Source: Chrysomallon squamiferum (lineage: Eukaryota; Animalia; Mollusca). From it: a stretch of 64,000 bases of DNA. The DNA is taken from positions 31,744,001 to 31,808,000 of the forward strand of contig CM022670.1 of the NCBI GenBank assembly GCA_012295275.1, read 5' to 3'. This document shows positions 1 through 15,798 of this stretch, in pieces; position 1 is the stretch's first letter; each line of letters opens with the position of its first letter. The notes below the pieces were generated by a model, which was not told where the DNA came from, did no database searches, and worked only from the letters and a program-made list of their open reading frames with translations. The translations under genes were made by a program, and so were the position numbers.

Positions 1-77
1 TAATTAAGAGGAAAGGTTTATATATTTTTGAGATTGTTAAGATATTTTTGGTGTTTTTTTTTCTTCTGTTATGACTA

Positions 78-144
<67 letters not shown>

Positions 145-335
145 CATTATTTGAAAAGAACATTCATGAAATTTGCATTTAAAATTGTTTAGTTTATGTG
201 TTAGTTGTGCTTTTGTACAGTTTAATACAGTTATGTTTGTTTCATCTTGGTAAAGTAAATTTTATATATATGTGCATGTCTCATTGTATATACATGTTTG
301 TGTATGCATTTTTAGTTATGCATTTATGTATGTAC

Positions 336-371
<36 letters not shown>

Positions 372-381
372 TAAAAATCAG

Positions 382-1736
382 GTGAATTTACAAACACAGA
401 CAGTCTGAAAAAGGTTACAGCTAAACTGATGGTTGATGACAGACAGGAATACTTTATTTCTACCAAAATACCAATTGAGAAAAAGGGAAAAACAACAGTT
501 TATTCTCCAAGTGCTGAGGTCAGATGGCCAAATTCTGGTAGCATTAATTTCAGTGGAATGGTGTCACACAAGTCTTTGCTTGACAGAGTGGAAGCAGATT
601 TGTCTGTAACAGGAGTCACTGCTAATTCTATAAATCTACATGGTATGTATACAGACCTACAGACAGGTGATAGATAGATTCATAGATAGATAGACAGAGA
701 GGCAGAGAGATAAGTAGATAGATTGATAGATCTGTAGCTAGATGAGTAGAGAGATTGGCAGATATGTAGATATATAAACAGATCAAGAAATAGAAAAGAA
801 GATAGATAAATCAAAAGGTAGGTAGGTACGTAGATCAACAGATATTTAAGTAGACTGACTGATAGATATGGAGATAGAATGCTAGCCAGGTAGATAAATA
901 TTTAAGTTGATAAATCAATAGTTAGATAGACTGACTCATAGATAGATAGGAGGACAGCCAAATAGATAAGTAGATAGATTGATTGATTGATTGATTGATT
1001 GATTGACTGACAAATAGAAAGATAGTCAGATAGGTAGATTGATAAACAGTTTTAACATGTCTTCTTTGTTCAATTAATCTTACATTTAAATCTAATTACA
1101 TTTACATTTATGTATGGATGTTGTGTGTGTGTGTGTTAAATTTCCCTTCAATTTGTCTTTGTCTTAATATTTAAACACATTTTTTAGGTTTACTGGTAAA
1201 CACAGACACAGTTAAAAGCCTTACAGGTTCTGTCATGCTCAAACCAAAGCAGGAATATTCAGTGGCTGCTAAGCTTCTTAAGAACAAAACTGACAAAAAG
1301 AGAGGTGGCACTAAGCTGATTCCAACACTTGTGATCAAAACACCAAAAACAACACTGCTGTCTGCAGAGGGAACAGTGGAATTCAAGAAAAATAAATACC
1401 TGAAAACCAACATGGCAATAAATATGAAAAAACACCTCAAGGAACCAATCCGAATAACATGTATGTACCTTATCAAACTAAATTTTGAAAAATGATTCTG
1501 TTCATTTTATTATTAATAATGATAATAATAATATTGTTGATTATGATTAAAACAAATAGCAAAAGGTTAGGGTTTTTATCACATTGCTTCATAATACCTT
1601 TTTAGTTCATTTCAAATCAATTGTTTTGCTAGATCTGGTTTACCTAACTTTTAGGCATTTTAAATTGTCATCACATCAGTAATTATATATTAAATATATC
1701 TGAATATTTTCTTATAATTGCACCTATGTCTGTCTC

Positions 1737-1774
<38 letters not shown>

Positions 1775-4700
1775 CGTGCGTGAATGAGTGAAATTATTTT
1801 TGGTTAAATCTGACTCTTTTGTGGGAGTAAATGAAGCATTGTTGGTTTATCTAAGATTTGCTTTTCTCTTCTAATTCTATTTTTTAATAATTGTTATTTT
1901 CCATTGAATCACATCTAATAGCAAGCTTTATTTTTGTGCTGTGGTCTTGTTAAACAAGCATACATACATTCTTGTTTTGCTCATAATACCAAGATAATTA
2001 CGAGAAAATTAATTATTATTTAAAAAACGTTGTTGTTTTTTTCAATTAAAAAATAAACATAATTCTCTATTTTTATTATTATTATTATTATTTTTTTTTT
2101 TTTTTTGAACAGCATCTTTTTCAAAGAGCGACAGTTCCAACACAAAAAAACTAAAATACAAAGGCAGTGTCAAAGTTCAGAGTGAATATATAACCTCAAA
2201 ACTGTCTGGAAATTTTGACTACAACAAGAAAACCAGCAACACAAGGGTCATGTTTGATTACAATATTCCTAAAGTGATCAAAAACAAGATCACTTTTGGA
2301 TGCAAGGTCATCAACAGAAGTACAGCAAGTCTTAAAAAATATGATATCAGTGTGTATGTATTAATTATAAATTGATTAAGTTTGTTTGTTCTCTAAATAT
2401 CTTTTAATCATATTTTATATGTGTGTGTGTGTGTGTGTGTAAATTTTTTATTATGCCTTTACCAGTAACCATCGCAAACCATTTAGCATCACGATATAAA
2501 GATTGCTTTTAAAACCAAACATATTCATTAATATCAGTTATTTTGGATTTGAAAAAAAGAAATATATTTGAAGTTTATAAATAAAAAATCTTTCATTTTT
2601 ATTATATTTAATTATTGTGGACAGACCTATGGCAGACATGTTCAGCAATTTAATGTTGGAAATAATACTTTCTAAAAGACTTATATTCTAACCAGCCATA
2701 TTATTGACAGGAATATGGATGCAAAACACACTCCAGACTACAACTTCTTGTTAAAGATGAATGTTAACCATAATAAAGAGCTAAGTGAAGTCAATATTAA
2801 GGCAAAACATGGGATAACTGTTAAAGACAAGAATGATTCAAGAAATCAGCTGACTGCATCAGTGTCTGTCAACCACAGGAACATATTTTCTGAACATGGC
2901 TCTGTGGATTACACTATTAGAGCTGAATATCCTTCGAAAGTAAATAATCTTTAATTATTTGATTAATTAATTAATTTTTTGTTTGTCTGTTTGTTTTTTA
3001 TCTATTTTCTAAATATTTTTTTAATATATATATTATTTTAATTTATTTATTATTACTGTTACTGTTATGTTTTTTTTTTTTGTTGTGGCAATCTTCATTT
3101 ATATTTTTACTTTCATTATCATTATCATCATCATTTTATCATTATTATTATAATCTGATTTAATGGGGTTTTTTCAATAATTATTTAATAAATACAATTT
3201 TTTAATGAAAGATACAGTGTTAAATGTTTTTTCTTCACATCATCATCATTTTCATTATTTCTTTTAGTATTGTCATCATCATTATTATTATCAATGACTT
3301 TGGTTTACAAACTCTGTTATTAAAAAACCTGGAATAAAATATTTTATAATTATTAGTAGAAGTAGTAGTATTTAAAATGTTTTTTTTAAAAAAGACTGTA
3401 TTATTTTGTTTTTCTTTTTACATTATTTGTTCATACGGTTTTATTTTTAATTTTAGAAAATACACTACCTTGTGAAAGCAGACCATGGATGGAGTAAAAA
3501 CTCTTTCACATCAAGCTTTGATGTCCGCAGCAAACGCAAATCAGTTGTTGAAGCCAGGATCAGAATTCGAAATCAAACCAAGAAATACAAACAATATGAT
3601 GCCTTATTTAGCTTGGTGTATCCTGGTCGAAATTTTTCATTATTTAGCAATTTTACTGAAACCAAACAAAATGAGTATCTTCTCATGCTCAAGGTACAAC
3701 ATCAGGAAGGACTGAAGTCGACTGCTGTGGCTCAGTACAAAGTAGTGAATAAAAATGAGTATGACTTCTCCACAGATATCCAGATTCATGGATATGATCT
3801 TCTTCACGTTGACGCACTGGCAAAACTGAACTGGCAGGATTTCCGAACTAGATTACAAAGTACATATCGTAATGACAGATTTGGTATTGATATTTCATCT
3901 TCAGTTGATAAAAAACCATATGGAAAATGGAGTGCAATGTTGCAGATACCCTCTATAATACTGAAAGCTAGTGCAGATGGAGGCAAGAAAGGAAAGAAGT
4001 ATGTTGGTAATACAGAACTAGCTTGGGAAGCAGATAATAATGAAAGAGGAAAAATTGCAGTGGAAACTGACTTCATTGTGAGTGTTCCAAAAGGAGAGCC
4101 ATACAAGATTGGTGGAAAAATACATGTAACAACACCTTTTGAGGATTTCACCAATATTGAATGTGAAATGTCATATGTGAACAAAAACAAACATTTTACA
4201 TACATGTCAAAAGTGGACTGGGGAGGCAAAAACAAACGTCTGTCAGTGGATGTGGATCTGATTAAGCCATTTAATATCAATAACATTAGATTTGTTTCAA
4301 CAATAATTACACCTTTTGAAGGATACAGCACAATAGAAGCAATACTTATTCACAAGTATGACAAAGCACTGGAGAGCCAGCTGACTGGAAGATGGGATGA
4401 TGACTATATTGATGTACAAATTAAAGAATCACACATATTTTCAAAACCTCAACGTCATTTAGAGGCTGAGTTTGAATTTAAGTCAAGCATTCCGGATTAC
4501 TCACAAATGGGTGTCATTCTTAAGCATAATGATAATGGGAACAAAATTCAGAGCAGAGCAGAAGCCAACAATAATGGTAGAAAATACTCATTTGATTTGA
4601 ATGCATCTGTTATAAAAACTGGCTGGGATTTCAAACTTGATGGAACTCTTTATCTTATTTGTCCTTCTCAAACCATACGCACATCCATTCATCACAGCCA

Positions 4701-7700
4701 CTTGTTCCTGAACTCTTTAAACACTACTTTTAGTTCAGAATATAACCGCAATCAAAAAGTGCTGCTGCAGATAATTGCTAATCATGAGAATAGAGTAAAT
4801 CGTGAAATCAGTGGCAACATTATCCTTCAGACACCATGGGATGGTATGAGAGACATAGAAATTAATGTAAATCATAAACACAATGCAGATTTCATGCAGA
4901 GCACTTCAGTTTACAAAGCTGATGGTATAACAACTGGAAAGATTGATGTTAATTTCAAGAAGGAAAAAGCTCAAATAGATTTTGACTTTCTGCTGAGGAA
5001 TCCCTATACATCTGATTTCAGAACCAAACTGAATTCAAGATATGGTAGGCCATACAAAACTGGACACTTTGAAGTTGAATGGTCAAGAACTGACAAAATA
5101 TCTGTGGATGGTTTCCTTGACTTGAAGAAGGATACAAAGACCTATAATGCAGATCTCAGAATAACAACACCATTTGAAGAAGCACACTCTATTCAGATAA
5201 CATCAAAGTCAAATTTACAAGAGAATGAAAGAATTTCAGAGTTGGACTTTAACTGGGGTCATGGCAAATTCTTTAGAACTGAAATACAAACTCGGTTTGA
5301 TAGACTGAAAAAAATCAGAGCTAAAATGTTTACATCAGTATTTAAAAAATTGAAAAATATTGATCTTGGTTTTGATTTCACTGGAGACATCAAGAACACA
5401 CTAACTGTAAATGCTGACATGGAGGTGAAACCAGTTTTTGAAAAAATAAGTACAAGTTTACACTATACACTACAGCCAGAATTATACACAAAACTGAAAA
5501 TAGATACTCCTTTTAAAGAATTCCCCTCCCTCGAAGTTACATCATCATCTCAGTCGAAAAACTTGGAATACACAAGACGACATTTAGAAATTAAATACTT
5601 TCCACAAAAGGTTCTGAGAGCAGATGTAACCTATAACATCAGGAATTGGCAGAATATGAATACCTCATTGGAGATTAAGACTCCGTTCAGTGTCATGCCT
5701 GAACTGAAGGCCAACTTATTATTTAAAAAAACAGAGATGGCTATGGAAGGAAAGGCTGTAGTGGAAACTCCATTCACTGAAGTGAAAGAAGTGAAAATTA
5801 TTTTCACACATTTGCAAACAGATAAAGTGGTACAGACAAATGCTGAAGTAACTTATGGAACAAGTAAACAAATCAAGGCTGATGTGAATCTTCTGATGAA
5901 TGATGGTATTGATGGTTCATTCACTCTCATGAGTCCTTTTGATCCAGTCAGAAGAGTACATTTATCTTTGAAACACAATGGCAAGAAAGGCAATTTCATA
6001 TCACATGCTCAATTAAACTTTGGCGAAAAGAGATTTGAAGCAGAAACTAACTTTAATTATGGTACAAACACAACAGGCTCCTTCTCAATTAAAACTCCAT
6101 ACAAAGGACTGGAAGATCTAAAAGCAGAATTTTCAAAACAAGGTCCTCTGAGTAATTCTGATATCAGGGGTTCCATTGTCTATGGTAACATGAACAAAAG
6201 AGTGGAAGGATCTTTGAAACAGAATTTTGACAAATCTCACTTCTTTGTTTCCACATTACTGAAATCTCCATACACCAGTGACTTTGCCCTAACCATGGAT
6301 CACAAGAGGACAATGTATCCAATGAACAGTAAAATTGTAATTGCACTGGGCAATAATTACACATTCAGCAGTGATTTTACTGTTACCAAAGATGATAAAA
6401 CACTTTCAGTCAATATAAATGCTGTTTATAAATGGAAACAAAAGAATGGGAAAGCTGAAATCTTTTTCAAAAATGAAGGAGATTATGAGAAGCTCAATTT
6501 GAAAATTGTCACTGCTGTTGAAGGAGTGGAAATTAAAATTAATTCTGGATACAACAAAGGTGATAAAGTTAAAGGTAACATAAATATGAAACTGCCTTTG
6601 GAGAAATTCCCTGCATTTGGCTTCTCATTTGAACACATTACCAGGAAGAATGGTTTTGTCACAACTGGCAACGTAAACTGGAACAATATTGAAGAAATTC
6701 AGGCAAAGATTGACCTTTTCAAAATAGACCTTAAGCGTTTAGAAGTCACAGCTGATGTTACTACAAGCTTCAAAGGTTATGAAAATAGCTATGTTCACTA
6801 TGAGCATAACATCAAGAAAAACAGTCTGAAAGGAGAGGCTAAATTTGCTGTAGGAAAAATAGGTCCATATGGCTTGAAATTGGAATCAGCAATAAGTTCA
6901 GAGCAGAATTATGAATATGTCTTAACAGCAGCAACTCCACATAAAGGTTACAAACATGTCAGACTGCAAGGAGATGTGTCAGTCATCAGTGACCTTATCT
7001 CAGTGTCTGGTCAATCAGAAATTGGAAAGTTTGGTGTCATTTCTCTACATTCAACATTTAACATTAAGTCAGATCCCAAATCATTGTTAATAAATGTGAA
7101 AACACCATACAACGGTTTTGAATCCATTTTTGCTTCAGTTACACTCCAAAACAAATTAGACAATTTTAAGATGGATTTGTCCTTTGATTCAACAAAAACT
7201 GGTAAACTTACCACAGAGATGTCATCTAGATATGTATCTTACAATGACATGAATGCCCATTTAGCAGTGAAGACTGTTTATAATAAGCTGAAGAATTTGA
7301 ATGTGATGTTAGAAAGATCAAAACATGGCCCAGAATATCACAACATTGCTGAACTGCAGTGGAATTCAAAGAAACCAATCAAAGTAGAAATAACACATAC
7401 ATTACCAGAGAAAGACTTCTATAATGAAATTTCAATCACAACACCTTACAAAGATTTACAAAGCTTTAGCTGGAAGATTGAACACAAAAACAGCAGCAGC
7501 AAACTAAAAGACTTGACAAAGATTACATATAACAACAAAACCTATTTTGATGCAGAAATTGAATATGAGTTCTCTTCCATTTACAAAGTTTCCACTAAAC
7601 TTCGACAACCAAGGCAAATGGAAGCAAAAATGTCCTACAGAAAAACCAGTACAGAATTCAGTAATGAACTGTACATTAACTGGAACAAGAGTGATCCAGA

Positions 7701-10182
7701 AAGCAATGTACATTTTGTAACTGATTACAATAACAGATCACCTCACAAGGGGACTGACAGTGACTTCCAGGTCAAAGTTATCCATCCAGCCAGGATTCTT
7801 GGCATTGAAGGCACATACAAGAAACTTCCAACACACTTTCACCAGAAGGCTTTAATAACTTGGGACCAGACAAAACATGGTTCTATTGCTTATGATGTTG
7901 AGTGGATGGATCGAAGTAACTGGCTGAAAAATGAATATGAAAGCAGTGTGATGATTGTCTTGCCCATAAGATCCATCAAGGCAACTGCTGCCTACAGCAA
8001 CTCCAGCACATCACGTTTTATGGATGCTTCATTCCTATGGGATGCAGACAGAGATGTGAAAAAACAAGTGGGATTAACAATTGACTGTGATATTGATGGA
8101 AAGAAAAAGAAAACAGACTTTACCCTGCATGTACCAGCAATAGAAAAGGTTAGTTTAGTTATACTTTATGCAGTCATAACATCTGCTCATGTTAATATAT
8201 TTTCATTGTTCAGCTTTACTGATATTAACTTTCTAAACTAAATAAAATTAATAAGATCATGAAAACCAAAATTATGTGGCTATAAATAAAAATAAAAAAG
8301 GAATGTTTAAAAAAAAAAAAAAAAAAAAAAAAAATTTGTTTTTTTTTTTTTTTTTCAATACTTGCTAGCTGTGATGCATATTTTTAGTTTACTATAAAAT
8401 GTTTTAGGTTATATCAGGTTTATGACAGTGCTATGGTCTGCAGCTTAAATGTTTGATTTTTTTTATCATAAGATATAATTTTTTTCAGCAATATCTGTGA
8501 TCATTAACATTCTCCACATTTTTATGAATAATGTGTATGACAATAAATAAATGTTGATTCATTCTAGGACTATAAACTTGGAACTGAGATAATCCATGAT
8601 GAGGGTAACACCATATTTGACGGGCGACTGGATTTTTCATATTCTAAACAGCCAGAGAAAACCATCATTCTGACATCCAAATTAGAAAAAATTAACTGGA
8701 ATGAAATTACTGGAGACAGAAATTACAGTCTGGCTTTTGGTGTGACACATGCAGCTACTGATGTTGATGTGAAAGTGTCATCACACATTGGTCGTATGCA
8801 GAGTACATATTCTGCTGGAGTTGATATGTTGTACTTGACGGCTGATAGCAAGAGGAAGAACATTGCTCTTCGTGGTGCTGTGGACAGATTGCGCCAGGAG
8901 ATAGAATTACAGGTAAAAAATACATTTTATCACATCCACCTGGGAAATGCTTGATGTCGAGTCTAGCAGATTCACTTAGCAAAAGCTTGCAGTGTGGTTT
9001 TACATATCCACTTAGTAAAAGCTTGATATAGCTCTCTGGTCTTATTGGTCACATGATCTAACCTCAATGGTCTGTCATTGATTTATATATCATTCAAGCC
9101 AGAACACACTGGCTGATTCTCTGTTTATGGGAAGGCATTTATAAAAATCTAGGAGCTAACTGAAAGAGAGCAGCTATTGCAATCAAGCTGTGGTTTTCAG
9201 ACTCTTAATTTGTCTTTAAAACTTAATTATATGTTGAGTATGTCTTTAAATTAAAACTTTTTTTCTTCATTTAGGCAGCAACACCACTGCAGTCAGTTTA
9301 CATCAGTGGAAGAATGGACAGAAAGGTGCCATATCACCTGACAGTGAAGAAAGTCGATGACAACATGAGATCTGTCAGTGCTGATATGTTAGTTGATCCC
9401 AGAACACGAAATCTTGAGCTCAGCCTGGTCTATGATGCAGGTACTATTAAAAAGCCCTCTTTAAATAATACTTATTATTAATTATGGTCCATACAAAATA
9501 CTGGATTAAGAAAAACAATCATTATAATAAACAAAATATTCAAAGTGTTTGTTTATTCACCAATATTTATTTAATTCTCTAACAATAATTATTTTTAATT
9601 ACTGTCTACACAAAAATTGGGATTAAAGACAATAAAATTTCAAAATACGCTTCAAGTGACTGCTCCTATATATATGATAATAAATAAAATATTCCAAAGG
9701 TTCAAACCACAATTATTTTAAATTATTGTCCACATGTAAAATTGGAGGAAGAATAATTACATGTAAAAATACACTTCAAATAAATCTGATATTTTTTTTT
9801 TCTTCAGACAAACCTCAGAACAAGATATTGGTATCAGCTAAATATCTCAATGATAGTGCTGTTGAAGCCAATCTGTTCCATGCAGCAGGAGCAGACGTTG
9901 TCTCAGAGAGTATGATAGCAGTCCGTCTGAATAGCTCACACATATTACACACACGAATTACATGGAGACCCACAGCTGTAGTGGAAATTCAGGTAACACT
10001 GTATTTTAATTCTGAATAACTGCAAGTATCTCCTGGAGAATAATCATTTTGAAGTAATGAAAAGCAAGGGATTACTGTTATTTTGTATACATTTTGAAAT
10101 GACCTATTTATATGTCTGTGGTACTGTGTATTTGCATATGTGTGTGTGTGTGTGTATATATATGTGTGTGTATGTGTGTGTT

Positions 10183-10213
<31 letters not shown>

Positions 10214-10242
10214 GACTAAGTATTTATGTGTGTGTTTGGTGC

Positions 10243-10274
<32 letters not shown>

Positions 10275-13065
10275 GTGTGTGTGTGTGTGTGATATATTAC
10301 GCTTAGAAACAATGTTGCCTAACCCTTAGAACATAATTAAAGTATTTACAAATTTTAATACTCACTAGTTGTTCACTGGTACATTAAAATGAGACTGATT
10401 AGACTTTTCTGATACTGTTGGACCTTATCAACATCTATCACTATAAATTATTTCTTATTTCATTGAAATTAGTCCTCGGCAGTTCATACTGAAATTGTTG
10501 TTAAAACATTTCCAGGTATTTTGACCTTAAGAAAAATACACTCCAAATATGTATATATATATATTTCTGTTGTCTTACCTTTATATGTAAAAATGCAAAT
10601 ATAAAACAAATATGTATGTATTATAATGTGTCCCAATATTGTCAAATTTCAGAGATACTTTTCTAAGAAGTCTCACCTAGCCTCCTACAAACTTATAGAA
10701 TCATTGAAAAACATCAATGAAGCCATTGCATTGGAGGTTCTTGGCAAATACAATGCCATAGCCCGCGAACTAAGTCAAGAACTGGAACCAGTATTTGGAT
10801 TTCTTAAAATAGAAATGAGCGACATGACAAATAGTCTAACTAAAATGCAGACCCAAATGCGTCGTGCCTATAGAAGAAATGATCTCTACATTAGAGATTT
10901 AGGGCAGTCACTCAACATGGGATTTGACATGTTGATGTAAGTTTAATTTTCATTACTGGATAAATGGATGGATGAAAGGGTGGACAAATAGATGGATGGA
11001 TGGACAGACAACAATCACTGAAAAACCCACTATTTACATAAACTAATTTTATCAAAAGTTTCATATTCCAAGGGACAGGAAAACACATACCGTGGTCAGA
11101 CATTGGTTGGAACAGAGAAATATCCCAAAGAGTGTGTTTGAAAGGACTGATGCTGAAAACTATTATACTTCTACTAATCTTCTAACAACTGTTCTACCTT
11201 CATTCTAATAATAATTCAGTAAAACTGTATTTAATAATATAATGTTAACTTACTTGTGAAAATCTTATTCTTGTTTAAAATATTGTGGTTCTTTGCAATT
11301 ATACTATTTAAAACAAAATAACATTCATATCAAATTGATGTTTGTTCCTTATATTTTCTCTTTGTGATGTTTCTGTTGTAGTAAATCACTGAGAAAAATT
11401 GTTTATGACTTCAACCAGTTCTGCAACGAGACAGAGATGGCTTTGACCTATTTTACCAATTCTCTCAAGAGTTACCCTGTGGCTCACAAATATGATGAAT
11501 TTGTCAGTCATGTTGTAAACAGGTTGAAGGTAATACACAGTATTATATTTTATTTTATTTACAAATATATGTATCATGCTTCATTAAGTATAGCTTATAA
11601 TTATGATGTAACTTGTTTTTTGTTGTTTTGTTTTTCTTGCTACTGTTTTTGTTTGTTTTGTTGAGGGTTTTAGTTTGTTGTTTATTTTTGTTTTTTTAAA
11701 TGGTAGATAGAAATATATTGATTTAAAAATACAAACTGCTTTCTAACACAGATTTAGAGTATCTAAATGTAACTGCACAAATCTTGATAACTAGAGTTCT
11801 CTGTTCATTTATACATATATTAAATAACAGTTCTTGTAACATTATTTCTACTTGTCTGTGTGGTAATATTTTCTTCATTTTGTTTTGTTATTTTATTTTT
11901 CTTATTTTTCAGCTAGCTCTCTTTTTCATATACTTATATATAGAGAATAAATAAAATATGGGCAAATAAAATATTGTAATTCCACATTTAATTTTTATAA
12001 TTATAACATTATGTGGAATTACAATATTTAATACACACATACACAAACAGACACACAGGCACACATATGTACATACTTACATACATATATATATATATAT
12101 ATGTAATCGTACATACATATATATACACACATCGACCTACATCGATATATACATTTTTTTCTCTTTTTCAGATGGGAAGGCAGATAATCCAAGCCAAGAT
12201 CAATGAACTCTCTTTCATTCTTAATGGCTTCTCAGAAAAACTCTACCTCATTTATTTAGACAGATCAAGAAAACTTCATCGTAAACTCCAAGGTTTTCAT
12301 TTTAAATATGTTTTACTTCTGCAGATTATAAAAGCTCCAAAGAAGTTATAATTGTAGTTTCGAATATAAGTAAAGTAAAAGTTGAAAAAAGTAAAAAATA
12401 CATGTTTATTTATTAATATATAGTTAAAAATATTTTTTTTTTATATAAAATATAACATTTCATATATTTATCATACAAATAAGAAATCATAATATTAACA
12501 ATCCTTTTAAATTAGAAATGAAATATACCTTTGACTTTTTACCTAAAAGACACATTAACAAAGGATAATTGTATTTATTTTGTTCTGCCTGTCACCTATG
12601 TTAAACAGAGGGAAACATTCTTTAACAGTTTCATGATGTTAAGGATAATATTATTTATTTTTATTTTGTAACATATTGTATGATTTTACATTCAAATAAT
12701 AGAGAGCACAACTGAAATGAACACTACTTAAAGTCCATATACCTTCCCAATGTTTTCACCATCAACAACCTTTTTAATTAAATTAATTTTTATCTGGATC
12801 AGTATTTTAAATGCCTGTCTATTCAGCAAGTCAGTTTTATTAAACTAACAAACTACATGGATCACAGTTTTTGAACTACTTTCATAAAAGTTCAGTTTAT
12901 GATAATAACATTTAAGTTTTTTCCATCAGTGTCAGTAAATAGCATATTTAAACTGAAAAAATTAACAATTCTTGGTAATAACCTCAGTTTAGAATAACAC
13001 TACTTATTTTTGTTTTGAATTATGGAATAATAATAATTATAATAATAATAATAAAAAACCCAACA

Positions 13066-13096
<31 letters not shown>

Positions 13097-13701
13097 GAGT
13101 AATAGTTCAAATTAAGTTTATGACAACAATATTTTAAGTTTCTTTTTCCCCTCTTGTGACTCCATAATCAATTCATATCATAAATGAAATGAATAAGTCC
13201 TTAATTTTTATATTTACTTCACTGAAATTCAGTTCAGAACAATAATAATTTTGGGGGGGTTATTTTCAGATGTTATGCAACACCCTCACATGCAGAAAAT
13301 ACAGAGAAAGTATGGTGAAATCATGTCAAATATCAATGCTTTGCCAGACATAGATTATTCCAAATACGCTTCTTTGCTTGACAACCACATCCAGACTGTC
13401 TTGCAGACATTAGAAATGAAAGACACCTACAACAAAATGATACACAACTCCAACCAGGTGGTCAGAAAACACATGAATGCTGTCTTGAATGATCCAGATG
13501 TTCAAAAGGCTCATGTCATATTAAATGAGATGTATCAACAGGTTAGTATTTATGTGAAATTAATTGATGATGACAACAATTATATTACTTTTTATTACTA
13601 TTTTTGTTGCTGTCATTATAATTATTCTTCTTCTTCTTATTATTATTATTGATAGTAGTAGTAATAATAGTAGTAGTAAGCTTTATTATTATTAAATTAC
13701 A

Positions 13702-13779
<78 letters not shown>

Positions 13780-15732
13780 AGACAATATATATAATTGTAC
13801 AAGAACACTTGCATTATTGTTCATAAAGTTTAATTCTGAAGTTGCAGAAAAATAGGTTATTTTTTTGTTGAATTCAATATGATTGTTTTATTTTTATTAT
13901 TCTAATTTTTAAAATTTACTCCAAGATGTGCTAATTGACAAATTTTATTATTAGCAAAGATTTGTTGTCTTGAATAAATAAAATAATTACTGGGATTTAT
14001 ACAAAATATAATTATGTCAAAATAGTTCAAAATATCTATTTCATTAATCAGTGAAAAAATTTGTGAATTTCATTATTATTATTATATAATTATAGATTAT
14101 ATTCAGATGATAATAATAATCTTGAACAGTAAAGAAATGAAAAAAAAAAAAAAACAGTATTTAATTGAAATACTTAACTGAATGTTTAAAGCTAACTCAG
14201 CAGTGTTAAAGAGAGGTTTGGTAATATGACCTTGAGTAATTTTGATATAATACTGTTACAGGGAAAATGGGCCTACAACTACTGGAAAGTGGATGGATCA
14301 GTGAGAAGTGCAATGATGAAACTGTATGAGATCATTAAAGATGCTCTCTTCAAGGAACTGAATACACTGAAAAATATCTGGATAGATCTGGACAGGTCAA
14401 GAATAATCATCTTTGATCCACAGCGTGGAGAACTGCAGTTTGAAATTTATCTCCCGATTCCTCTCAAATCACTGGCACATCCTCCCAGTGAAGGAATCAA
14501 TGACTATGTGACTAAAGCTAGGAAGTTTGTCAACCGATATGTTCCTGGTTCCAAGAAGTCTGTCTGGAATTCATATTACAAAGAGCTGAGCTCCCTAGAC
14601 ACATCTAGATGGTTACAGCCTTTTGATGGTAAAATTGAGTTTTTATTAATTAATTAACTTATTATTATTATTATTATTATTTTCTTCTTTTATTAATTTT
14701 AATATTAACTATTTAATTTGGCCATTGTTCTAAATTTAATTTGTGACATTCAAAAAATAAAAAAATAAAAAAATTACTTTTAATATTAAATATAAAAATA
14801 TTTAAGTGACTTAGAAAAAATAATTCTTTTACAGGAATTATACAAATACACAAAGAGCAATCAGGTTATAGATATGTAGATTCAAGAAAAGAAAAATGTA
14901 TTTCTGGATTTACAGAATCAGTTATTAATGTTATAAACTGATTTCAAGTTAGCATGTCAATTTCATGAAAACCATTTAAAAATTACTTGAAAAATACTGA
15001 GTAAATATAAATTATTCAGAGATATTAATATTCTTAATGGTTTGGTTCTATAAAATGTACTCAACCATATTAATTATTATAAATGTGTTTGGTAATGATA
15101 TGAACAAATAGCCAAAATATATCTTATATATGTCTAAGTAATTATTTATTTATTTGTTAAATATAGTTAAATTTACCTCAGTCAAATGTATACTGAAAAG
15201 TAAACTAAGGAAATTTTTGTTTTATTTTAGCATACGCTTCTGTTGTGGGAAACCAACATTTCATTACATTTGACAAGACTCATTTTGAATTTGCTGGACG
15301 ATGCAGTTATGTATTGGCTAGAGACATGATAGATGACAACTTCACTGTCATCCTCAATTACAACAACAACCCCCGTGATCCAAAGAAGGAGTCAATTTTA
15401 ATTATGATGAGAGGTGTCAACATTGAAGTAGATCAGAACAGCAAGGTGAATTTTAAAACCTGTGTTTTACAAAATGATTTAAAAGCTTGATAAATGATAT
15501 GCAATGAAGAATCCTTCTTTGGAGAAGGCTGTTTTCCATTCTAGTCAGTTCCTAATTACTGGTTTATCAAAACTCCATGGTGTGTTTTTATATCTTTGAT
15601 ACTCATTAAAGATCCCATACAATTAATAAGAGTGGTCTCTAGAATGTCTTCATTGGTTTTCTTAATTAAAATTATTATTATACAACAGTATATGAGTGAC
15701 AGATAGCTATTAAGAAATGTTTTTAATACATA

Positions 15733-15798
<66 letters not shown>

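Noticed and set aside
3485-7713. Several 66-175 aa ORFs overlapping the giant LLTP exon in antisense or alternative frames
   Set aside because: Shadow ORFs of a long coding exon, with no recognisable motifs.
9989-10312. His/Thr-rich ORF
   Set aside because: Translation of a (CA)n microsatellite in an intron.
13585-13855. Poly-Asn and poly-Leu ORFs
   Set aside because: Translations of the (TTG)n(TTA)n microsatellite.
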